Origin: Sphaerodactylus townsendi
Lineage: Eukaryota
Reading direction: 5' to 3'
Assembly: GCF_021028975.2 (NCBI RefSeq)
Contig: NC_059427.1
Span: 67,022,001 to 67,086,000 of the forward strand
DNA: 64,000 nt
This document shows, piece after piece, positions 1 through 13,155 of the stretch (the stretch's first letter is position 1; the number at the start of each line of letters is the position of its first letter). The position numbers and the translations under genes were made by a program. Below the pieces are notes generated by a model that was given only the letters and a program-made list of their open reading frames with translations, was not told the DNA's origin and searched no databases.

Positions 1-1782
1 GTATGAAGCATTCAGACTGAATGGTTCTTTCAGGAGACAGCACTTAAACAGACAGGCCAATAATCCACTGGTAGAGAGATTGGTCTCTCTCAGTGACAGG
101 TTGTCTGGTCTCTGGGAGGGCAGTGATTATGAAAGCTTCATATCAGCCAGAGGTACTAGATTGGTCCTTTGATTTTCCAGGGGAAGAGGGTTATGGGCTT
201 TTTAAAAAATTGTCTGCAACTTTCTTCTCTGATCAGATTATTTTCTCCATTATGTCTCACTAAGTCCATATCCTGGTTTCATAAGTTCTCTTTTCTTTTC
301 CATGCTAGTCATCTTGATGCCCTCAATGACAATCATCATCATCATCATCTTTCCCCACCATTTCACCTGGCTTCCATTTTGAAATGGGTTGGTAAGTTAT
401 TGACTATCATGAAAGCTGGTCCATCTGAACCAAATCATGTCAGAAAGGAACCAGAGCCTGAATTTCATATGGAAAATGGGAACCCTTTGAAGACACTTCT
501 CTCTTATAAGCCCATTTGCCTCCTCTCTGGATCATGCAAGGACATAGAAGCAGAAAGAAGGGGGGTCTCCTTTGCTCAGCTTGCCTGACCTAAGCCTCTC
601 ATTAAGAGAATCTTTTCAAACCAGACACTGCAAAAATGTCTCGCTCGCGCCAGTTGCTTGGGGGAGGTGGAAGGGAGCTATTTGGAGAAGCTGTCTCCAT
701 AGCAACACAAATTCCCATCAGAAAATGTGCACAGGTCACCTGTTTCTGTGAAAGTTTCTCTCTTGTTTTCTTTCCCTGCCTCTCCAACAGGTGCCAGGGG
801 AGCAGATGCTGTTTGACACACCAGCCAGGAGATGTGAGAACATCTCACATTCAGGAGAGATGCCTCGGGAAGGCTGACCTCCTGCAGTCTCAGAAGTCAG
901 CAAATGTCTACATTGGCATGTGAATGGGAATGCAACGCTGTGGTCCCAACAGTCTGGATTGGGGGTGGGGGGGATAAGAGCCTGACACCTCTGTGGGCTC
1001 AGGTGTAAACCTGGGTGAAATGACAAGTGCAAAGGGGCTTACAAGTCTCTAGCTGCTGTTCATGTCAAAACTGCCAAGCTTTTTTTAACAAGCAGTTAAA
1101 GGATGAGGGGAGAAGATGAAGAGAAGCTTCAAGCCAAGAGAGAGATTTACTGGCAGGACTGTCTGCATAAGAAAAGCTGTTTGCAGTTGGACAGCTCCTA
1201 CATCATAGTTCCCACCCCCACTTCCCCCAAGCTATCAGGGTGCAAAAGAAAAACGAGGAATAGTTTTTGATTATAAGGTTATATGGCTCTAGTCACTGTA
1301 AAAATTGCCACCTTGCACTCTGACAAGGACTAAGTTGTTTTTTAAAAAATGGAATGGTTTGGCATAAGTTAAAGTCATGATGATAAATTATTCTAAGTGC
1401 TCCATGTTGTATGGGAATGGAAATCCAGCCACAGAATCATTCCATGTGCACAGGCCCAATACAAATCCTAGATTCAAAATAATAAAAGGGAATGAGTAGC
1501 CACAGGGGTCCAACTTACCAAAAAGCAAGGTATTTCTCAAGACTGAAAGATATCTCAAACTCCAAAATGCCAACATAAAATTTTGAGAAGCTACACCATT
1601 GTGAGGTGGCTAGGCAAGTAGCACAGGTAGTGAGAGTTTGGGGCACAAAGGCTAGAGAACCAGGCTTTGACGTAGTGTCCAGTCTAAACTGCTGCCTGCT
1701 TCCACAGCAGTGTGTTGCTGTGACTAATCCAGATGCAAAATCAAACCACAGGCAGCACGTTGCAGTGAGCATCAGAATTACC

Positions 1783-1918
1783 CAGTGGTGGGATTCAGCA
1801 GGTTTGCACCACTCCAGCAGAAACGGTTGTTAAAATGGTGCTTGTAAACAACCAGTTGTTAAATTATTTGAATCCTGCCACTGGAGCCAGTTGTTAAATT
1901 GTTTGAATCCCACCACTG
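1783..1918. mobile_element. hAT-type MITE (CAGTGGTGGGATTCA TIR family) with a duplicated terminus
   Basis: TIR CAGTGGTGGGATTCA...TGAATCCCACCACTG; homologous to 22655-22755 and 40892-40993; the last ~35 bp are present twice. Confidence 0.85.
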
Positions 1919-3640
1919 ATGCTACCTCCTTGTTAAACTGTCAAAAAGTTGGCCCCCGCTGCCCTAGAGGCACTGGAACCTGGAGTCTAAAATGCAGCAG
2001 CCAGCTGTATAAGGCCAAGTCAAATCAGAGGTTTCCTACCACCTGTCAGTCACAGGGATTGTCTCCCTTATTCTGTTTAATGCTTGAAGAGAGGCAAGAG
2101 CATTCTGACTGAAATCTATAGCAAAGCCACCTCCGGTTTCCGGGTCCCAAGAGAGGCTCACACAAAGCAGTCATATTTGGAGAATATTTGTTTGAGATTC
2201 CTGTCTTCTTTGCTTAAAAGAAGAGTGTTTCAGCCTAAGACAAGTCTCTGTTCTTCATTCAATTTTTTAAAAAACACAAGAACCCAGGATTTAAGATTTT
2301 TTTTAAAGCTAAAAAGGCAGATCTCATTAAAAAGCTACCAGGTGTTCCCAGCACAATCTGTAGCTCCCTTTTCAACTAAAATGATTTCATCTCTTGTGTG
2401 ACAGATGCACCCTCTAGGACCTTTCCTGGAGCATCAAAATGTCATCTCTGCACCATAATGCATACATTTAACAAATCTGATGCTGTTTTCTTTCCTCACA
2501 ACCCATATTATCATGAAAGGATACCACAAAGCTTATACATTTACCTACAGTTAAAGAAAAGGCAGGCACTGCTCAAAAAGTTGCAACTACACCCCGCTGA
2601 TCCTTGAACCCAGGAGATTTCCCCGTTATCTGTACCACAGAGTAGATTTTTCAGGAGAACATCAAGGTACCAGTCCTGGACAACTACAGCTGTCTCCCGA
2701 AGATTTCTCCAAATCCTCTGCTGATATCTAAAAGTCATGCCTCACCAGACACCCTGAAAGACCAGGTCCTTCTAGGTACTCATAGAGTAGATATGATCAC
2801 CGTTTTCAATGGCACTTTGAAAGTTCCAACATAGATCCTCAGAAACAGCATAAAGCAGGGTGACACGCTAGTTCATAGCTTTTTATGTGGCTGCAATTAC
2901 TGCCGACAGCAGATGTTTTATAAATAACATTGTATGTGAGTGAACAAAAATGTTTGCAAGGGAGTGCTCCAATGTCCAAGCAATGTAAGTTGGTTCTCTT
3001 GTATTTTCGATCCAGCTGCAGACCCTACAGTACAAAGTGTCATACTGTCAAATTTCATATATTTCATTTCATTTTCATTTCACTTTATATTTATACCCCG
3101 CCCTATCCCCAAAGAACTCAGGGCGGCTAACAACATAATAAAGAGATACATTATGCCAATATAACACTGATAAATTACATGAAACTAAAATAGAACCAGA
3201 TTACAGATGGTGACTTAACATTTCAAACTAAACAATATTTGACAGCCAAATTCTGCTCAAACGACAAAGATAACTTGCTCAACAAAAATAAACATTATTA
3301 AAAAATAAGGGGCTTATTCAGAGAAAGGCGGGGTTTCTGCCTACTACTGACATTCTCCAAGTAAACAGCAAAATTTTAAAAAGATCACCACAAAAACAGG
3401 CTCATTATGACAAACTATGCTCACCATCCTAAGAATATTGAGAGCCAGTTAAAGGCGGGGGGGGGGGGAGGAGTTCTGCTCAAGCCGTTCAGAAACTGTA
3501 GCATTCTGGAGGTAAGATAGCGGGGGGGGGGGGTCCCCATCATTCATGCATTACCACCATTGCATTTTCTAATGGGCCCCCAACTTGTTGGAATTATGTT
3601 ATGCATTAGCAGGAGACAGCTGCAAACTCAAGACACTCAC

Positions 3641-3862
3641 CTTGATGTAAGTATCAAGGCTTGGGTGGACACGGTTCACTGCCAAATGGATGGATAGCGG
3701 AGTAGTGTAGGGAAAGGTTGCCATGACTACGTGGCTTGGAGCTGGGAAGTGGAAAATCTTGAAACCATATTTCTGGAACATGCGGACCACTTGCTCAGAT
3801 GGTTTCTCTTCTCCTTCACTCAGGACAGTACCCACCAGGTAGCGGCACTTCTCTGGGTCCAC
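3641..3862 (-). CDS. TEX264: TEX264 second coding exon (codons 87-160, GyrI-like domain)
   Basis: Translation VDPEKCRYLVGTVLSEGEEKPSEQVVRMFQKYGFKIFHFPAPSHVVMATFPYTTPLSIHLAVNRVHPSLDTYIK matches TEX264. Acceptor ttcttttttcaatag|GTG; donor AAG|GTGAG; 222 nt, phase 0/0, in frame with the upstream exon. Confidence 0.97.
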
Positions 3863-4428
3863 CTATTGAAAAAAGAAGGGCTACAATTAGAGGGCTGCAA
3901 AAGCCCCACGACACAATCTTTAAAATGTTGGAATATTAGTAGCAACTCTGCAATTCAGTGATGTTACAGCAAATTTAAGATTGAGGTGCAGTTTTCAAAC
4001 TGAGGAACTCTGGAGTTCTTAGTTGGTTGTCAGGAGTTGGTTGTCAGGAGTTCCTCAACGAAAGCATCGGTAATAACAACCGCCTTGCCCACCATATCCA
4101 ACATTCATATGCAGTCAAAGAAGAATCCTGCTTATGGCTGCAGCTGCATTCTCAGTTCATTCTCACTCAACTAGAATGAGGCCCAATAAGCTGGTGGGCA
4201 CCGACCATATATCAACTGAGAAGTCTCCCTACAGCATAATCCATTGCAAGGGAGGATCAGGAAGCACAACTGAAAGAGAATTCAGAGCCATGGTACCTTG
4301 CTCCATCAAATGAGCAAAATACTTGCTTCCAACACATTTCTATAACATTTTGTCAGAAACGTATATTCACCCTGGAGTATTTGACGTTTGTCACTGAGAT
4401 TACATCAAAAGTAGGCAGCAGTTACCCC

Positions 4429-4648
4429 CAGAAGCATAGCTGGGCAGGAGTGCAACTGGGACGCACTCCATGTTTTCCGCCCCCCTGCAGCGCCCCCCCC
4501 TCCCGCCTTACGTTTTTCAGCCGGCAGAAAACGAGCCAGGCCTGGCGAGGCAGGGGGGGGCAAGTGGGGAAGGGGGCCGGGGGTGATTTTTATTCAGAGA
4601 AAGGCACGTACCCCATGCAACATGCACACCCTTGTAGTTCTGCCACTG
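4429..4648. mobile_element. Non-autonomous hAT element (CAGnGGCGTAGC-type imperfect TIR)
   Basis: Perfect 8-bp TSD GTTACCCC (4421-4428, 4649-4656); termini CAGAAGCATAGC / GTTCTGCCACTG. Confidence 0.8.
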
Positions 4649-6157
4649 GTTACCCCACATACCTATTGGTTGCATTAAGTGCATAGGCACTAGGAACATA
4701 TTAGAGGCCACTATTTCAAGTTTTACCTGCATTGTTCAGGGTTCTTTTTAATTTTGTTTTCCATAACAAAGAAGGGAAATCAGATGCAAGTATGTGAATC
4801 TCACTCCCTTACATTTACCCTTTCTCCCCGATTTAATTAGATTACACTACTTGTTGAACAACCCTGATCCTTCTCTCTGTATGATAGTGGCAGATTTTCT
4901 TCTGGAAATTACTAAATGCCAGTAGATTTCCTTCGTCCTATCATGTATATCCTGTATTGTATATGCTTTTTAATCTGTTTTTATTATTGTTGTACTGCTT
5001 TATGCCAATAAAGGCTTGCAAAAGAATTCACTTCACATAACAAAGAAGTTATGATTCTATCAAGGTCTAATACATATTCCAGGCCTCTGGCTCTGAATCC
5101 GAAACCTCAAAATACACCCTGTCTAGACAAACGAACCAGATCTAACCTTTAGTGTCAGATTCTGATGTCTGACAAATTTAACATCCACACGTGAACAATG
5201 AGAGAATAAATATCTTTCAATAATGCCTGTACAGTTATTGATACCATTCTGGTGGAAGGCTCCATTGATTCCTATAGCCGAGAATCTGCTTGTTACTCAA
5301 AGAAGTCCAATCATAATACAGACACCAATTAAAATCAGTGCCAACTCTCTATGATGAGAGAAGTGACAAGCGAGCAGGGGCGGCAGCAGCCGATTCAAAG
5401 GCCTTGCATCTGTACCAGCTAGCCAAAGACCATGCTGTGACATTTTTAAAAGATGTCTGCAGACAGGCTTTTTAGAATCATGCTGGTTGAATATTAAAAC
5501 AACCCCTTGAAATTCTCAGGGCTGCCACCCAGTGCCATTTCAGCTGCGTGCTATGAATAAGTTCTTTTTTATCTTCCCCACTGACAGGCACAATAAATTG
5601 ATCACTGGGAGCCTAGAAATATGGATCAGAAACTTCTGAAACTCTCCTCAAAGCCAGGCAAATGGTCAGTCTGTGAACAGAGTTGCTGAGAGGAGGGAAC
5701 AAGGAAACAGAATTCCAGGGATCCAAGTATGTCTGGTTCTCTGAATTCCCTGCTTTAACTGCAGTCTCTTCCATTGTAAAGATATATCTTTCCCCTTATG
5801 TCTCTGCAACAAAAAGGCTAGAGACTTATCTTTTTGTAAAAAAAAAAAAAGGCAGGCCATTCAGAGAACCTGGTACACATATATGTGGTAACATTATGTC
5901 TACAAAATGACCTTCTAGTGCCAATTTTAAAATATATATATAAAGTCTTCTGTGCAGGGAGGAGGAAATAGCCACTGCAGGGACAGTCTCAGAGAAAATG
6001 GCTGCCTTGTGGGTAGGGAAAATCTGAGTTGTCCTACCCACACAGCAGCCATCTGGCAGATTTTGTGTTATCTTTCCACAAACCTTGGCACAAAGCAGGT
6101 TTGAGAAAGACTGGCGAAAGCCAGCAAAGCCTTTGGGAGGTATTAAAATGCACCTGA

Positions 6158-6367
6158 TAGGGTTGAAAGCTCTGGGATGGGAAATTCCTGGAGATTTGGG
6201 GAAGTGGTGTCTGGGAAGGGCACGCTTAGGCGAAAGGACTTCAGCAGAATATAATGTCACAGAGCCCACCTCCCAAAGTAGTCATTTTCTCCAGGGGAAC
6301 CAATCTCTGTAATCAGTTGTAATACTGTAATAGACCTATAGTCACCACCTGGAGACTGGCACCTTTA
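6158..6367. mobile_element. TAGGGTTGCC-TIR MITE family copy (degenerate)
   Basis: Homologous to 9863-10079 (GGAAATTCCTGGAGATTTGGG...CATTTTCTCCAGGGGAAC...). Confidence 0.65.
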
Positions 6368-7202
6368 ATGCACCACAATGCTGTGGGGAAGCAGAAGAAA
6401 ACCTGCAACAACAGCATTGAAGGCAAGAGGCAGGTAATCCATATGGAAGTCATCAGAGTCTGGTTAGTTGACTGCAGTAAAGCTGAGGTAAATGTTTGTC
6501 TATCTCGAGACACTGATAAACCTAACAGCCAAGGCAGCTCTGGAGCAACATTCAGTTTCAAGTTTCCTTCTCATCCTTATCATGGTTAGGAAATTAAAAC
6601 ATGCTTAATAGTAGATCAGAAAACCTTTGCTTAGATTATGAACAGAAAAAAATCTATGAACAGCAAACCTCTGATGTTATTATAGACATTCAAGTTAATA
6701 TTTCCCAAGGAAAAAGTGATTTTTCTCTCTTTCCACTCTTTACATGTATGGTGATCTGTACTCACTGGTATTAGTGGTTATAAATGTGGAATAGCAAATA
6801 CCATTTTGCATTAAACAAGCAATACTGTAGCTTAAATACATGACTATAACCTGGTTTTGTAGGTTTTTGATAGATCTTGTTTCAGTTTTAAAGCATATAT
6901 GAAGTCTGATATTACTAGTTAGAACTAAAACACACACACACACACATAATTAGAAGTTATTTAATTACATTTTAAACACTGATCAGGCAATTGTTTTTTA
7001 TTATTGTAACTGGTAGTACATCTGATACTAGGCCTTCTGTAAATGCAATGTCACTACTGCAGGCATTAAGCTTCATGTTATAGGACATACAACTTAATGT
7101 TTTTCAAAGATATGTCAGTAAGGAAGCACTACATCATCATATGTTAAATAATTAATTTACTGAATAAACTACTGTAAGATGTAATATCCACTTGTTCAGA
7201 AA

Positions 7203-7330
7203 ACTTTGAAAGGGGATTAGACAGATTCATGCAGGTGGACAGATCCATCAGTAGCCATTAGCTGTGATGGCTAAAAAAAAATCTCTGTGTTCAGAGGTAC
7301 TGTACATCTGAATGCCAGTAGTTGTGGACA
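7203..7330 (+). mobile_element. CR1 LINE 3' fragment
   Basis: TTTGAAAGGGGATTAGACAGATTCATG...TCCATCAGTAGCCATTAGC is typical of CR1 ORF2 end/3' UTR; similar fragment at ~53630-53740. Confidence 0.6.
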
Positions 7331-8504
7331 ACCGTGAGCAAGTGGCTGTTGCCTTTATTCCCTGCTGGCAGGATTACCACAAGCATCTGACTGGTCTGCA
7401 TCTCTGAGTATGCTGTTGAATTATTAAAGTGTACCGAAAGAAAGGAAACTGCAGTTTTCCAGGGCTGAGGGGGAAGGCATTTTGTGCATGCCCAGAAGAA
7501 CCTTTCTTTCATTACTCAGTTTGTGCTAAAAAATAAACTCTCGGGCTAAGTCCTAATGAAATTTTGACACAAACTGAGTAAGCAGTTGAACATTGACAGC
7601 TGAGAGAGATTCTCTAAGGGCAGCCATGTTAGTCTGTTGTGGCAAACCAAAAAAGAAATCTCAACTCTCTGGGGACTTCGCTAACATGCTTCCCTCTCCA
7701 TGGAGGATACAATTGACTTCCACATCTCCCCAGTTTTCTTTCCCTATTAAGCACCTTTACATTGCTGTAAACCTGCTCTTTTGTTTGGGCTGAGCAGAAA
7801 TATTTAAAAGTATTTTTTTCAGTTGAATACTTTTTGAGAGAGATTGATGTATCACTTCACTCAATGGGGCTTATTCCCAGGTAATTTGTATCTTATTGGT
7901 ATTTCACTTAAAGTGCTCTTCAGTATTCAAACTAGGTCTCTTGGCTGGGGAGTCTTTCCGATTTTGCTTTCGCATTTCTTCATACCACATCCTACTGCTA
8001 TATGCACATTAATCATGAACAAAATCTATTTTTAATAATCCCGTCACTTTTCCTTTACTATTTCTTCTTAATGAACAATTATTATTCTATTCATGGTATC
8101 ACAAAGCCAAGTGATTTGTTTTGTTATGATATTTTGTTTGAAGCAGGGTCATATAGGGAGGGGGGCAGATGGAATCTTTGTCTGGGCCCCCACAGTGTAT
8201 TTCAGCAGCCTTGTCTATGGAAAATGTTATATCTCAAGACATAAAATTTGCCCACAAAGTGGGTACACAACTCAGAGCAATCAGTGAACCCTTCATCCTT
8301 TCATATCAAAACTGAAAATGGAATTAGAAATATAGAGGTGGCTAAAAATAAAGTTAAAATAGATAGGAACACCCAATGTTTGTAATCCAGTGCACATGGG
8401 CAGAGCTCTGTATGAAGAATGAGTCACATGGTATTTTGCACCATTCAAAAGCAAGCATTGGATCATTACTGACCCATGGTGTGAGGTCATATCATGACAT
8501 TTAC

Positions 8505-8861
8505 TAGGCAGATTATTTTTACAGCATGGTTTGCCACTGCCTTCCCCAGTTGTCTATACTTTACCCCCAGCAAGCTGGGATACTCATTTTACTGGCCTCA
8601 GAAGGATGGAAGGCTCAGACAATCTTGAAACCTGAAACCAACTTCCAGCAGGATCGAACTCAGGTCATGAGCAGAGCTTTAACTAAAGTACCACAGCTTA
8701 CCCAGGGGCAGAGCGAGGGGAACTGCACCTGGGAAACATGCGCACCCTGTGCCCCTGAGGTGATGGTGCCCACCCCTGCCACGCCCTTGCTGCGGAGCGC
8801 GCGCGCCCCTGACGCTGCTGGCACTACACCACTGAGCTTACCACTCTGTCACAGGGCTCCT
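8505..8861 (-). mobile_element. Sauria SINE interrupted by a hAT MITE
   Basis: Diagnostic core ...CCCAGCAAGCTGGGATACTCATTTTACTGGCCTCAGAAGGATGGAAGGCT..., B-box-like GATCGAACTC, BovB-like tail TGGTTTGCCACTGCCTTCCCC. Confidence 0.8.
8703..8834. mobile_element. hAT MITE nested in the Sauria SINE
   Basis: Perfect 8-bp TSD AGCTTACC (8695-8702, 8835-8842); termini CAGGGGCAGAGCG / CACTACACCACTG. Confidence 0.85.
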
Positions 8862-9254
8862 TTGCACCATAAACCCAAGGAAAATCCTCTTTGGGAGACT
8901 AGCAAGTTAATAAGAGTATTATAAAGTCCAAATCAAACTGGTCACCCATGCTACTGTTCTTAGATGCCTCCTATAACCAACAAAAGATAGTCTGCTTCTA
9001 CCCAGGCTTCATAGAGTACAAGCCAGCATACAAATACCCAACAAGACCCACTCAAAAACAGTTGATGTGTGTATTAGATTCTAGACTCCTATTGCATTCT
9101 GATACCATTTCCAATTTTGACTTTGTAAAAAAGAAGGGATAGGAGAAGAAACTGCTCTTAATAACATGTGTCTTTAATTTGAGGCTCTGGAAATCTCCAA
9201 AATGGCATTGGCAATCCTGAAATAGCCACCTAGAATCATAAATCATTCAATTCC

Positions 9255-9450
9255 TACATTTATACCCTGCCAAAGCAGCTTACATCAATCGCTCTTCCTC
9301 CACTTTTTGCTTACAATAATCCTTGGGAGGTAGGTTAGGCCAGGAGTGTGCAACTAGCCCAAGGTCATCCAACAAGTTTCCATGGTTCAGTAGGGATTTG
9401 AACTTTGGTCCCCTAGATCTTAGTCCAACATTCTAACCACTACATAACAC
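9255..9450 (-). mobile_element. Squam3/MIR-like CORE SINE
   Basis: CORE-like AATCCTTGGGAGGTAGG...GCCCAAGGTCATCCA...GGGATTTGAACTT...TAACCACTAC. Confidence 0.75.
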
Positions 9451-9862
9451 TTTACTTCAAACAGTAACACAGAAACAAGTGTCTCTGAATAGCCACCCTT
9501 GAGTGAACGAGTCATATCATTTAGATTACAGTGTTAAACAAATACGCCTTACTCCCCCCCCACATATAAATATGCATAAACTAATGAGCAGAGGGACCCC
9601 TGTCCCTCCCTCCTTCCCTCCCCAACAGGTACATCCATTACTGGACCTCAGCTGTGCTCTCACCTACACTGTAAAGAGACATTTTCTTTCTCCCGCTGGC
9701 AAAAAGCACCCACACGAACACCCACACACTATGCAGTATGAGTTTATTACACTTCTTTGTGGGCAGATCTGAAAGTGGGCAGCATTTCCCTGTGCTCCTT
9801 GGTTCTGTCAACACTTCATGATACAGTGACAACTGGCTGCAATTTGGACACAGCTGTACAAG

Positions 9863-10079
9863 TAGGGTTGCCAACTCCAGGCTGGAAAATTCCAGAACAT
9901 TTGGGAGCAGAGCCTGAGAAAGGTGGGGTTTGGGGAGTGGAGGAACCTCAGCAGAATAATATTACATAGAGTGTACCTTCCAAAGCAGTCATTTTCTTCA
10001 GAGAAACTGATCTCTGTTGCCTGAGATCAGTTGTAATTCTGAAAGATCTCCAGATCTCACCTAGAGGTTGGCAACTCTA
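9863..10079. mobile_element. MITE with TAGGGTTGCCAAC TIR (hAT-like); best-preserved copy of a family with at least 7 copies in the window
   Basis: TIR TAGGGTTGCCAAC...GTTGGCAACTCTA; related copies at ~6158, ~30270, 33451, 35349, 44738 and 59243. Confidence 0.8.
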
Positions 10080-10549
10080 GTGAAAATGTCCCAATGTGGC
10101 GGCCCTTTACACTAGTTCCCCTTTAAAGTATAAAAAAGGAGTTCTGATATATCAGAAAGTTTACTTCAGAATCAGAGTCAAAAGCACTTCATTTCATTGA
10201 TGTCTTAATTCAACGGCACTTGTATACTTTTTAGATTAAGAAATTAATGGTTGGACACACTCCCCCATGTGAATATGTATTGTAGTAGTAGTTAAAATAT
10301 ATGATTATTCGTATAGGTGTAGTAGTAAGGCTACCCTAAATCCAAACTTTTAAATGTATTAAGATTTTTTAAATGTTCTAATTGATATCCTTTATGGTAT
10401 AATTACTCTACTTTTGTAATCATTGTATGACTCTTATTTTTTTCTTTTCCCCATATTTTATCTTCACATTTTTTTATAATTTTGGTATACTGTATAAATG
10501 AGAAAAGAATATCTTTTTTTTAAGTACTTCATTTTCCCCAGTCACCAGG

Positions 10550-10758
10550 TGAACATATGAAAACGCCTTAAACAAAGGCAGCCCCTTGGTCCACCCAGCC
10601 CAGTACTCTGACAGCCAATGGCTCTCCAACAGCTCAGGCACAGACAGGTCTTCTCAACAAGGCAGCCACAGAATCTTTCACTGACGATGCCAAGGTCTGA
10701 ACCTGGGATCTTCAGCATGCAAATCACGCACTGTCTGACTGAGAATTGGCCCCTCCCC
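10550..10758 (-). mobile_element. tRNA-derived SINE with a CR1-like tail (Squam2-like)
   Basis: tRNA-like head on the minus strand (TGAACCTGGGATCTTCAGCATGCAAATCACGCACTG...GGCCCCTCCC on +) followed by CR1-3'-like GGTCCACCCAGCCCAGTA. Confidence 0.6.
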
Positions 10759-10788
10759 TGATAACACAGCAGTATCTGGGCAAACTCA

Positions 10789-10928
10789 GGCCCCTTCCGC
10801 ACACGCAAAATATTACTTTTCAAACCACTTTCACAACTGTTTGCAAGTGGATTTTGCTATTCCGCACAGCTTCAAAGAGCACTGAAAGCAGTTTGAAAGT
10901 GCATTATTCTGCATGTGCGGAATGAGCC
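10789..10928. mobile_element. 140-bp MITE, probably PIF/Harbinger-type
   Basis: 24-bp imperfect TIR GGCCCCTTCCGCACACGCAAAATA / TATTCTGCATGTGCGGAATGAGCC; TSD not clean. Confidence 0.7.
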
Positions 10929-12510
10929 TTTGATGCTTCCAGTTCAATGCCAAACCAGAACTGTGGGAAGCAATATTTGGAAAAAGGCATTATGCTGAAC
11001 TTATTTCTATCTTTCTGCAGAATGGATGGCACCATTTCCCAGTGTACTAAGTTAACAGCACTGTCATCTCGGTATTATGCACTGTGTGGGATCCAATCAG
11101 GAGCGGCCAGACAAACAAAATAGCAGAGTCAAAGGGAGGAGTAGAGCTTCAAATTCAGGTGGGAGAAATAAAACATTTCCTGTTTCTCCACGAAGGCAAG
11201 GAGGAAACATTTTGAAAGTGTTTTCAGAAAAAACAATTGATGAAATAAAATGTTTTCAAAAGATTTTTGAGGGAAAACTGTGCAGAACTCTTTGGAGGAA
11301 CATTTTATTTCCTTCCTTAAAACATTTCATTTTGGCTGTGAAGAAAGGGCCTTTGACTCTCACATGCTGTATCTGACCTAAAGATAATGTGAACTCAGTC
11401 CCTCTGTTGCATGAGCTGCCTTGAACTTGGTCCTCCAGAGTATGAAATATACAGGAATGCAACGTACAGTACAAAATATGGGAGACAAATATAAGAAAGT
11501 GCTTGTTGGTTTAACTAAGTGAAAGGGAGATATTTGATCTAGTCTAGTTAAAGATAACACCTAATTAAGATAAATGCAAGTCTTAAAAGAAACACTGTTG
11601 TATTATTGCTTTTTCATTTTCAAGAACCAATGTTCAGAAGTCAAATAACATTAATCATAAAGGCACTTCTATTTATAGATGAAGAAAGTGGCTCTTTGTT
11701 TAGATCACACAGAATTACATCCAACAAAAAAAAAATCCACCAGATGTTTATGTGTACAGAATCATCAGCTCTGCCAATTTGTCAATTCATGTACGTGAAA
11801 AATGAGAGGTTAAAGTATTCACCCAGGAGTCAAGCTTGAGGGAATCAGCCAAATAAACCATTCATTTGCTCTTGTAATTTTTATACCGCCCCCATGGAAC
11901 TGCTCAGCGGGAACATCTCTCATTTCACTCCCGCCAGGAAAGGCAATCCAATCTAACCCTCCTCAGCCCTGGGATTTGTAGCCAGGCATGTAGGGCTTTG
12001 AGCCAGAGGACATCAAAGCAGAGAAAATGGAAGTCTAATGAGAACAGTAGAATTTGCCGAGCAGTAGCCTAACCTGCCACCACTGCATTCCAAACTCGTT
12101 TTTCTACTATATAAGGGAGTATTTTGCCCAAATACTGCAAGCAGGAGCTTTGTAGAAAGACAACTGATTGTTATTACCAGCTTCTGTCTGGACTCAGAAA
12201 GGAGGTGATCACTCCCATCCATTCCCCTGGGCTCTCCTGATGGAACTGCAATCAAATACCTTGTGATCTCTATAAGGGGATGGAACATTTGCTTATCATA
12301 CTTCATCATCTGAAAGCTTCCCTGAGGGTTGAAAGGTTCAGCACAAAAAGCAATGCCATTCAAAATCATGTCCCTACATAATAGGTCACAGAATGATAAC
12401 GGCAGAGAAACCCTTTTCAGGCTTCCCATTTCCAGTGCAAGGGGACACGGGGGCAGACAGATCTTACCACTATTTCTACCACTCTTCTGAGCACTGTCTA
12501 CTGAGCACAG

Positions 12511-13155
12511 TAGGTCTACTGCAAATTCAAAACAACTTCTCACACTGTAAATACACACATGTAGTTCACAAATAGAACATAACCAACTAAAAGTAAACCA
12601 ATTTATTGAGCTGTTTTAGCTCTATGATAGGGTATTTTTACATCTCGCCTTCACAGTTGTAATGGGATGGATGTGCTTGGTGCAGAAATCTTAGATCCTG
12701 TTTCAGCCTGTTTCTTTGCTTGGAAAGAACCTGGGTGACAGCACTGAAGCCCCACTCTAGTAAATATGATGTTGGGAAGGCAATAAAGTATATCTTGACT
12801 TTGGTCCACAGTGCAGGAGTTTTTAAGAGAACCTTGTAAATGGGACACAGAAAATTGAGTAATAAAGGTGGTTTTGCTGGTTATTACCCTTGACTCCCAC
12901 TCCCACCCCGGGCCACACGGTGAGGAGAATGCTGCTGCTTTTCCTTTAAAACTCACCTGTCATCAGGATGGAAGGACAATACCGTTTCTCACCAACTAGC
13001 CCAGGAATCCCTGGGCCGGCCCCCTACTGCCCAAAAGTGTTCTACCCCAAAGTCCCAAAGTTTTCTGCAAACCCCCCCCCCCACCATCCCAAAATTCCTC
13101 ACAACACCCTTTGATGTTTCCACTACCCCTAGAGGAGCGGTTCCGAAATGCCAAG
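12511..13155 (-). mobile_element. hAT-Charlie deletion derivative, truncated copy of 31400-32179
   Basis: Reverse-complement homology to 31400-32090 over ~600 bp; ORF-track peptides MSFKGKAAAFSSPCGPGWEWESR and MNFKGKAAAALSALCSPGWERESR are homologous. Confidence 0.85.

Noticed and set aside
169-588. 139-aa ORF with a His run
   Set aside because: Non-ATG start, His run comes from a (CAT)n repeat, no recognisable homology.
3599-3640. ORF extension VSVLSLQLSPANA* after the second coding exon
   Set aside because: Intronic read-through past the GTGAG donor.
1-3640. Next TEX264 exon (ERKLCA...-like)
   Set aside because: No such peptide seen in the ORF track or by eye; presumably beyond the left edge.
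12013-12558. Longest ORF in the track (181 aa)
   Set aside because: Starts within a transposon remnant, no domain recognised, no splice support; likely chance.
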